From positions 5,869-69,868 of the forward strand of contig CAWHXY010000001.1 in the NCBI GenBank assembly GCA_963833575.1: 64,000 bases of DNA, given 5' to 3'. Position 1 is the first letter of the stretch. Every line of letters starts with the position of its first letter. This DNA is from Candidatus Bathyarchaeota archaeon. GTDB lineage: Archaea > Thermoproteota > Bathyarchaeia > Bathyarchaeales > Bathycorpusculaceae. The position numbers were made by a program, and so were the translations under genes. Below are positions 57,597-64,000 of this stretch, in pieces. Under the pieces are notes generated by a model. The model saw only the letters and a list, made by a program, of their open reading frames with translations, was not told where the DNA came from and did not search any database.

Positions 57597-58376
57597 ATGC
57601 GAAGAATCTTGCCTTTAGTTTTAGTCATTTTGCTTGTTTCGTCTTGTGGATGTTTCAGTGGGGCTTTTGGCGAAATGATGTCATCAACGGTTGGAGTAGG
57701 CACCGGCGATGTCTTCCGCTACAGCTATACATGCTATTTTGCTTCAAGTGACCCCCACGCCGTTCCCGATGCTGCTTTGATTTTTATAAATCAAACAAAT
57801 TATTTTATGCTTAATGTGACAGGGGTATCTGGGTCAACAATATACTTCAACACGATACTGCTTAGTTTGAATGGCTCAAACTACCTTGGCGTCTGCAGCA
57901 TGAACGTTGGAACTGGTCAACCCGTGGTTTCCGGATTCGGTGGTCCGAGCTCTTTCTATTTCATGGCACGCAATGTAGGTATGATGGGAAAAATGTTTCC
58001 CTCTTCATCTTTTAGCCCAACCGTAAACGATACCTTGATGATGAGTTATCCCGGTGCTTCGCGATTAACTAATCATTTTGTGACTACAGAGGAAAATAAT
58101 CTGATAAGTGTCTTGAATTCGCAGGATATCTATTTTGACCAAACTACAGGCATGATGGTGCAGTGGCGCCAAGAGGTCATTCAGACAATCGGCTCCATCC
58201 AAACCAACACTACCGAGACGATGAAGATGACCTCTTCTTCAGTTTGGGTCATTCCGGAGTTTCCGTCATCCATTATTGCGTTAACTTTCGCAGTTGTTGT
58301 GTCAGTTTCAGCCTTAGCTATTATTAAAATAGGCAAATTCAAAAAGGGCTATTCCCAGAATAAACTTGTAATGTAA
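57597..58376 (+). CDS. Secreted protein with PEF-CTERM-like sorting signal
   Basis: Signal peptide; C-terminal VIPEFPS followed by TM helix and basic tail. Confidence 0.7.
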   Translation: MRRILPLVLVILLVSSCGCFSGAFGEMMSSTVGVGTGDVFRYSYTCYFASSDPHAVPDAALIFINQTNYFMLNVTGVSGSTIYFNTILLSLNGSNYLGVCSMNVGTGQPVVSGFGGPSSFYFMARNVGMMGKMFPSSSFSPTVNDTLMMSYPGASRLTNHFVTTEENNLISVLNSQDIYFDQTTGMMVQWRQEVIQTIGSIQTNTTETMKMTSSSVWVIPEFPSSIIALTFAVVVSVSALAIIKIGKFKKGYSQNKLVM

Positions 58377-58377
58377 G

Positions 58378-58722
58378 GTGTTTATGATGGTGGAGAAAAA
58401 AAGTAAAGAAGATTCTCATGATGCTTGTGTTAGGGCTGTTGCCGAAGAGTTAAAACGGGATAACTGGACTGTAAAAGCGGATTTGGAAGGTCTCGATAAG
58501 CCATCTGAGGTAAGGAAGGGTTACGTCCCGGATATTCAAGCAGAGAAGAAAGGGTGTTTAACCAGAATTTGCGAAGTAGCAACCCCTGAAATGTTTGAAG
58601 GCAACAAGAACCGCTACATTGAGTTCAAGAATTATTGTGACGAATATGACTTCCACTTTTACGTAGTTGAAAAAGATGGGACACGAAAGCAGATTGATCC
58701 AGAAACATTTGGAAAAAAGTAG
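58378..58722 (+). CDS. Hypothetical protein with PD-(D/E)XK-like layout
   Basis: H..C...VAEEL...W.V, YVPDIQAEK, ICEVAT; fold call is tentative. Confidence 0.55.
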   Translation: MFMMVEKKSKEDSHDACVRAVAEELKRDNWTVKADLEGLDKPSEVRKGYVPDIQAEKKGCLTRICEVATPEMFEGNKNRYIEFKNYCDEYDFHFYVVEKDGTRKQIDPETFGKK

Positions 58723-58792
58723 GACATAATGATTTAGTATTGCTTATTTTACTTCTTGATAACTTATAAAAGCACAAAAGACAATAGACCGA

Positions 58793-59452
58793 TTGACTCT
58801 CATGCGCAAATTAGTATTACTTGCGGTTGCCATAACAATACTCTTAGTAACTACTTCGTTATTTTCCGAAGCTTTCGCTGATATCTCTGTTGGCGTTAAG
58901 AAAGGCGATTGGATAAAGTATCAGGTAAAAGAAACTGGCAATGTAACTGCTGATTATAATATAACTTGGGCAAGAATCGATGTCGCCGATGTTGAAGGCG
59001 CTAAAATAAACATTGATGTGCAAACTGGGTACGCGAATGGAACTTTGTATCCTGAAAAGGTTCCCCTTAATCTAGCTACAGGCGCGATAGGTGACGGATT
59101 CTTCGTATCTACAAACCTCAACTTGGGAGACCAATTCTATAGTGAGTACCAAGGCAATATGACCATCACAAGCATTTGGCAAATGGAAGTTGGAGAAGCA
59201 TCACGAACAGTTATTTCATCTACGTCAAACCAGACCACCTATTATTGGGACAGACAAACCGGCATCCTTGTTGGTGCAACTACTTCATTTCCAAGCTTTA
59301 CTCTTTTCACAATGACAAGCGGAACTAACCTTTGGCAACCGCAAATTCTAGGCTTGGATTCAACCGCATTTTATGAAGTTATAATCATAATAATTGTATT
59401 CTTAGTGCTTGTTTTTGCAGTTTTGATTTGGCAGAAACGAAAAATCAGCTGA
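58793..59452 (+). CDS. Secreted, C-terminally anchored protein, distant paralog of 57597
   Basis: VGVKKGDWIKY vs VGVGTGDVFRY; YYWDRQTGILV vs YFDQTTGMMV; TM plus KRK tail. Confidence 0.7.
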   Translation: MTLMRKLVLLAVAITILLVTTSLFSEAFADISVGVKKGDWIKYQVKETGNVTADYNITWARIDVADVEGAKINIDVQTGYANGTLYPEKVPLNLATGAIGDGFFVSTNLNLGDQFYSEYQGNMTITSIWQMEVGEASRTVISSTSNQTTYYWDRQTGILVGATTSFPSFTLFTMTSGTNLWQPQILGLDSTAFYEVIIIIIVFLVLVFAVLIWQKRKIS

Positions 59453-59520
59453 TTCTATTGTTAGTGGTCAGTTATGCCAAAGCTTATAGGTAGCCTAACA
59501 AATAGCCAAACTAGAAGAAA

Positions 59521-60849
59521 ATGCTACGAATAGGAAGTAAACGTTTTCTCACTTTGGTAATCTTAGGTTTGCTTGTTGTAGCAATGCTTTTGCTTATGAC
59601 AAATAGTATGTTAGGTTTTTTCTCTGCTGGATCAGTCCAGCCAGTAGCCTCTGCAACCGGAAACACGGTTGTCATAGCAGATTTTGATGTTCAAGTGGAT
59701 CCAGGCTCAGTAGCCTTTATGTCCCGTGTCGTAGCAACTGCCCAAAGTGATAATGCAGCCGCCATAGTTATCGAAATGAATACTCCTGGTGGTAGCCTAA
59801 ACGACATGCTCTCCATCATATCTTCCATCACGGCTGCGAATCAATCGGGCATCCCAACCTACACTTTCATCACGTCAAACGGCTTAGGCGCTTCAGCTGG
59901 CAGCTACATAGCCATGGCAACAAACAGGATTCTTATGGCTCCCGGCTCAATAATTGGTCCAAGCACACCCTACATAATCGGTGGCACAGAGCTAGAGCAG
60001 AATCACACTCAAGCTGCCATGCTAAGTCTGCTAACGAGCCTTGCAGAAAATTGGGGACGCAACACCACGGCAGTCTACGATATGGTTCAATCAAATCAAG
60101 CATTTTCAGCTAACCAGGCAGTAGCTATCCATGTTGCCGACGGCTCAGCAAATTCACTTTCTGATGCGCTTAACCAATTGGGCCTGTCAGGAAACCCTCA
60201 GGTAACTTTGAGTGAAGACCTCTATGAACAAATAATCAGCGCTTTAAGCAACGCTACTTTGGATGGTATTCTTTTCCTTGTCGGAATCATCGCGATTGTG
60301 CTGGATATTTATCACCCAACTATTGTGCTCACAATCCTAGGTGTAATCGCTATTGTTGCGGGCTTAGTTGGCGCAGAAATAATTGGTGCCTCACTGCTTG
60401 GCATCGTTATACTGGTTATAGCTGCCGCATTAATCGTCGCTGAGTTGAAGTTAGGACATGGCTTCGCCCTTATAGCGGGTGTGGTTTTGGGTGCCTTCGG
60501 CATTTACTATCTCTCCTTAGGATTGCAGTATTCCCCTTCACCCATAACTGCGTTGACGGAAATTGAGCTTGGTGTACTAGTCGTTTTCGGAGTGATTATT
60601 GGCTTGTATATCAGATGGATAATCGGGCCAGTTAGGCGACGCAAAAAGCTTACAGGTCCTGAAGCTATGATGGGAAAAATAGGCGTTGCTATTACTGACC
60701 TCAAACCTGACGGAGAGGTTAGAGTGCAAGGCGAAATCTGGCGAGCCCATTCAATATCAGGAGACGTTGAAAAAGGTGAGCAGATCATCGTTAAAGCTTT
60801 GAACGGACTTGTTGTCAGGGTTGAAAAAGTTCAAGAACATGAAAGTTGA
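59521..60849 (+). CDS. NfeD family membrane-bound serine protease (long form)
   Basis: IEMNTPGG, GASAGSYI, MAPGSIIG, GRN, TM bundle, C-terminal OB fold (L.PDGEVRVQGEIWRA). Confidence 0.9.
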   Translation: MLRIGSKRFLTLVILGLLVVAMLLLMTNSMLGFFSAGSVQPVASATGNTVVIADFDVQVDPGSVAFMSRVVATAQSDNAAAIVIEMNTPGGSLNDMLSIISSITAANQSGIPTYTFITSNGLGASAGSYIAMATNRILMAPGSIIGPSTPYIIGGTELEQNHTQAAMLSLLTSLAENWGRNTTAVYDMVQSNQAFSANQAVAIHVADGSANSLSDALNQLGLSGNPQVTLSEDLYEQIISALSNATLDGILFLVGIIAIVLDIYHPTIVLTILGVIAIVAGLVGAEIIGASLLGIVILVIAAALIVAELKLGHGFALIAGVVLGAFGIYYLSLGLQYSPSPITALTEIELGVLVVFGVIIGLYIRWIIGPVRRRKKLTGPEAMMGKIGVAITDLKPDGEVRVQGEIWRAHSISGDVEKGEQIIVKALNGLVVRVEKVQEHES

Positions 60850-60923
60850 TTGTAAAAAAATAAAACTGGTAACTTTTCTTATTAACTGTTGCAAGTAATC
60901 GGGAAAATTTTTGCTGTTTAATT

Positions 60924-62216
60924 CTAATCTTTTAGGCTGTTGAGTCCAGCTACTGCAAATGGAACAAGCATTTCCTGTTCGTTTAATCCTCCATGTTGTC
61001 CGAGAAGACTAATTTTTTCTCCCCAGTGGCTCTCAAACCATACTGTTTCGTTTCCATATGGTAGAATCATCAAGTTCCCTGTTCGTTCAAAAAGTTCTTT
61101 GCTTGCATGGCCCAAGCCAAACAAGCCGCGTTCCGCTGCTTCTACAGTTTCAATTATTTGAGCTCTGTCGCCAATCTTTTGTAATAGCCATTCCTTAGTC
61201 TCAGCAAGTTTTCCTTCCTTAATATGCAAAAATACTTCTCGAGGGCCTCCTGAGGGCAAAATTGGTTTTCGATTTTTTCCAACCTGCAAATTCAATATCG
61301 CTTTGGGTAGACAATTGAGATAAGTTGTTTTTTTTGGGTCAATGTTCAAACCCCCATGGTCAGCAGTAACTAGAAGTAGTGTCTCTTTGGCCGTTTTGGG
61401 GTCTATTTTTTGCACTAATTCCTTTTTTAATAAATAAGTTATCAGTGATAATTCTAAATAATACTCGTAGCTCTCTGGTCCGTACGTATGTGAAACCGTG
61501 TCGAGAGTATCTAGATGAACAAAAAAATAACCGCTCTTGCCGCTGTTTTCTTCCAGGTTTTTTCTTAGTCTAATAATTGAGTCATATGATTTTGCGGATG
61601 GTATTATTTTGCTTCCTTGGAAAATTAATTTTGAACAGGCGTTGGAAGCATTCGACGCGTGGATATGAGTAAAAGTGTTGATTCCTTTTTCTTTTAATGT
61701 GTTATGAATAGTTTTATTTTTTAATAGAAGGATGCTTGGGTCATATCCTTCGTCTATTAGTTTATTTTGCCCTCTTGAACCTAGGCATTCAAATCGCAAC
61801 GCGTTAACTAAACCAATATCTTTCAAGTAGATGAAGTACTCAAAGAGTCCATGTTCCTGAGGGGTTAAACCAGTGTTTAGCGTTGTTAATGCATTTGTTG
61901 TTTGAGACGGAAAAACACTTGTTAGAGGATATACTTCGCCTTTATTTGTAAGGTTGGCTAAAAACCGGTTTTCTTTATAGTAATTTAAGAATTGGTTGAA
62001 TCCGAATCCGTCGATGACTAAAAGAACGACTTTATTTATTTTTCCAGGGCTGGCTATTTTTGGGTTTTCAAATAGCGACTTTGTTCTTTCCTTCTCTGCT
62101 TCAAAAAACCGTAGAATTGAGTTTGGTATTTTTGAGATGCATTTCCTGTCGTATTGAGGGTAGACGAAAGTCTTTTTTGTTTTTGTCTCTGAAGATTCAA
62201 CTTGGTATGTTAACAT
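60924..62216 (-). CDS. Alkaline phosphatase superfamily / nucleotide pyrophosphatase
   Basis: LLVIDGFG, SVFPSQT, PQEHGL, DTVSH..GP, TADHG, GQHGG. Confidence 0.88.
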   Translation of the reverse strand: MLTYQVESSETKTKKTFVYPQYDRKCISKIPNSILRFFEAEKERTKSLFENPKIASPGKINKVVLLVIDGFGFNQFLNYYKENRFLANLTNKGEVYPLTSVFPSQTTNALTTLNTGLTPQEHGLFEYFIYLKDIGLVNALRFECLGSRGQNKLIDEGYDPSILLLKNKTIHNTLKEKGINTFTHIHASNASNACSKLIFQGSKIIPSAKSYDSIIRLRKNLEENSGKSGYFFVHLDTLDTVSHTYGPESYEYYLELSLITYLLKKELVQKIDPKTAKETLLLVTADHGGLNIDPKKTTYLNCLPKAILNLQVGKNRKPILPSGGPREVFLHIKEGKLAETKEWLLQKIGDRAQIIETVEAAERGLFGLGHASKELFERTGNLMILPYGNETVWFESHWGEKISLLGQHGGLNEQEMLVPFAVAGLNSLKD

Positions 62217-62359
62217 TACGTTACCTTAGGCGAGGTTTTTTTGGCGTGGCAACTCGTTGTCTACGGATTACTGCATGGAGGTCGGTCGCCACGTTTCCCA
62301 CTTGCTCCTTCTAAATTTCTCTTTGCATTGATTGTTTAGTAACTCGTAAAAGCATTTTC

Positions 62360-62400
62360 GTCAAGATTTCTTGACCTATGCTTAGTCAAACTTTCTTGAC
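62360..62400. promoter_or_regulatory. Tandem palindromic operator-like sites GTCAA-N6-TTGAC
   Basis: gtcaagatttcttgac (62360-62375) and gtcaaactttcttgac (62385-62400) in a divergent intergenic region. Confidence 0.6.
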
Positions 62401-62582
62401 TAACTTTTTCTTCGCTTAAATTTTAAAACACTGAGTTAACACAGGTAGATTTGTCTGAAACAAAGAAATTCTGTGTCGACAATTGTATTTGATCAAGCTG
62501 TAAATTAGATTGCAGATGAGTAAGTAACAGGAATCATTTTATACCACGCTGTACTTTTTCGGACAAACAAACGGTGAAATGA

Positions 62583-62816
62583 ATGACCGAATCAATCGAA
62601 AAAAGAGTTCAGAAAGCTCTCGATGAAATAAGACCGCAAATTCAAGCTGACGGTGGAGACATAGAATTTGTTGCCGTCGAAAACAAAACCTTGAAAGTTC
62701 GACTGAGAGGTGCATGTGCAGGTTGTCCAATGGCAGCGATGACGCTTAAGCAAGGCGTTGAAACGATAGTAAAGCAACGGGTCCCAGAAATATCAAAGGT
62801 TGAAGCAGTAGAATAA
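62583..62816 (+). CDS. NifU/Nfu-type Fe-S cluster scaffold or carrier (single CxxC domain)
   Basis: IRPQIQADGGDIE, LRGACAGCPMA..TLKQGVE. Confidence 0.92.
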   Translation: MTESIEKRVQKALDEIRPQIQADGGDIEFVAVENKTLKVRLRGACAGCPMAAMTLKQGVETIVKQRVPEISKVEAVE

Positions 62817-63163
62817 GCATAAGCTTGTGATTACTAACCAATTTTTGGCTTGAGAGCTTGCTTATCCAATCCGTGTACAAGATGGTTTGGATTCAAGAGA
62901 TATAAAATCGCTCCAGCTACGCCCTACTAAAGGTGATAGAGGCCTCAAAAAAGCGCAGCTAAGCAATCACCTATAAATCTGCATAAAAAACTTGGGTGGT
63001 TGGTAGCTGAACAAGAGATTTCTGAAAAAAACCTGCAGGAGCAGGTTATGGCGAAAAAAAATACTTGCTTTTCGCAGACGCAAAGTGGGTCAATAAAAAG
63101 TAAGAATGGATGAAGTTTTACGGACTTCTCTTTTCCTTTTCCTGGGGGAAATTCATTCATTAT

Positions 63164-63961
63164 TTATCGGTTTTTTTCACTCCGCACGAAGAGGAATGTT
63201 CCAATCACGAAAGATGCTATTGAAATTGCAGCGACTATCGTTAAATCGAACAGTGGGTTGTATAGGGCTATATGGCTGTAGAATGGTGTGCCTTGGTAAA
63301 CTAGTCCTCTGAGCAAATCAACTATGTAAGTCATGGGCATGGCATGTGATAGGGCGCTTAAGACGCCGCTGGATTGGTTTATCGGTATGAATGCGCCTGA
63401 GAGGAACATCTGGGCAAATGCGAATAGGATTACGCCTCTATCCGCTGTTTTTGGGCTGCTGCTAAATATGCTGGCGACCAGTATGCCTAGTGTTCCGCCT
63501 GATATGCAGATAATTGGCGCTGTGACAAAGATCCAGCCGATTGCTGACAGCCCGATGGATATGCCCATAATTGGGGCGATGATGACGAATGCGAAAAGCT
63601 GTAGAATGCTTGTGATGCTGCCTCCTAAGATTTTACCGAGTATGATTGAATAGCGCGATATTGGAGCTACAAAGATTTCCTGTGTGAAGTCGTTTTCGCG
63701 GTCTTCGACAAGTGATGTTACGCTCATCATAGTGTTCATAGAAATTGTTGCGGCGACCATTCCTAAAAGCGCAAACTGAAGGTAATTGTACCCTAGACCG
63801 CCACCTAAGTTCTGCGCAATAACGCCACCCAGAATTCCCAGAAACAGAACCGGAAAGAGTAAGCTAAAAGCAAGCGAATTCTTCCAATCCTTAAAGAACC
63901 GCAATACTTCTCGGGCGGCAATAACGACTACTGCGTTTAGGTCTTTTTGAAGTGGCTTCAT
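63164..63961 (-). CDS. ABC-2 type transporter permease
   Basis: REVLRFFK, DRENDFTQEIFVAPISR.SIILGK, FLSGAFIP, PMTYIVDLLRG. Confidence 0.9.
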   Translation of the reverse strand: MKPLQKDLNAVVVIAAREVLRFFKDWKNSLAFSLLFPVLFLGILGGVIAQNLGGGLGYNYLQFALLGMVAATISMNTMMSVTSLVEDRENDFTQEIFVAPISRYSIILGKILGGSITSILQLFAFVIIAPIMGISIGLSAIGWIFVTAPIICISGGTLGILVASIFSSSPKTADRGVILFAFAQMFLSGAFIPINQSSGVLSALSHAMPMTYIVDLLRGLVYQGTPFYSHIALYNPLFDLTIVAAISIASFVIGTFLFVRSEKNR

Positions 63962-64000
63962 TAAGTCGTTTCCTCCTGAGTTTTATTTTGGATTAAATCC

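Noticed and set aside
62920-63160. Small ORFs between nifU and the ABC permease
   Set aside because: No start codon for the longest plus-strand frame and no recognisable product on either strand.

Overview
Archaeal chromosomal window, AT-rich and gene-dense. Gene content (expanded beta-propeller surface proteins, a divergent EF-2 paralog, RadA, two PurP paralogs, IOR/AOR/ACD, Hdr/Mvh) points to Candidatus Bathyarchaeia (TACK); this assignment is an inference. Left to right: an arylacetate/2-oxoacid block (iorB partial, iorA, paaK, livF/livG) with an orphan LysW-type carrier and a tandem Lrp regulator; a beta-propeller surface protein; ACT protein and acetate-CoA ligase-GNAT fusion; a 10-kb redox cluster (hoxEFUYH, hdrC-hdrB-mvhG-mvhA with no hdrA/mvhD, maturation protease); purine genes; an EF-2 paralog lacking the diphthamide loop; OGG glycosylase; tRNA-Ile(CAU); AOR plus ferredoxin; two more beta-propeller paralogs; Rqc2, RadA, MsrB; and an accessory tract of secreted and membrane proteins. 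Best leads: (1) IorA carries an in-frame inserted 4x[4Fe-4S] ferredoxin homologous to the AOR partner ferredoxin in the same window; (2) Hox next to an HdrA/MvhD-less Hdr-Mvh operon; (3) helically phased 10-bp repeat arrays between convergent genes at about 49.65-49.89 kb; (4) an orphan LysW. No CRISPR array, transposase, integrase or reverse transcriptase was recognised. All calls are from motif recognition by eye; no searches were run.
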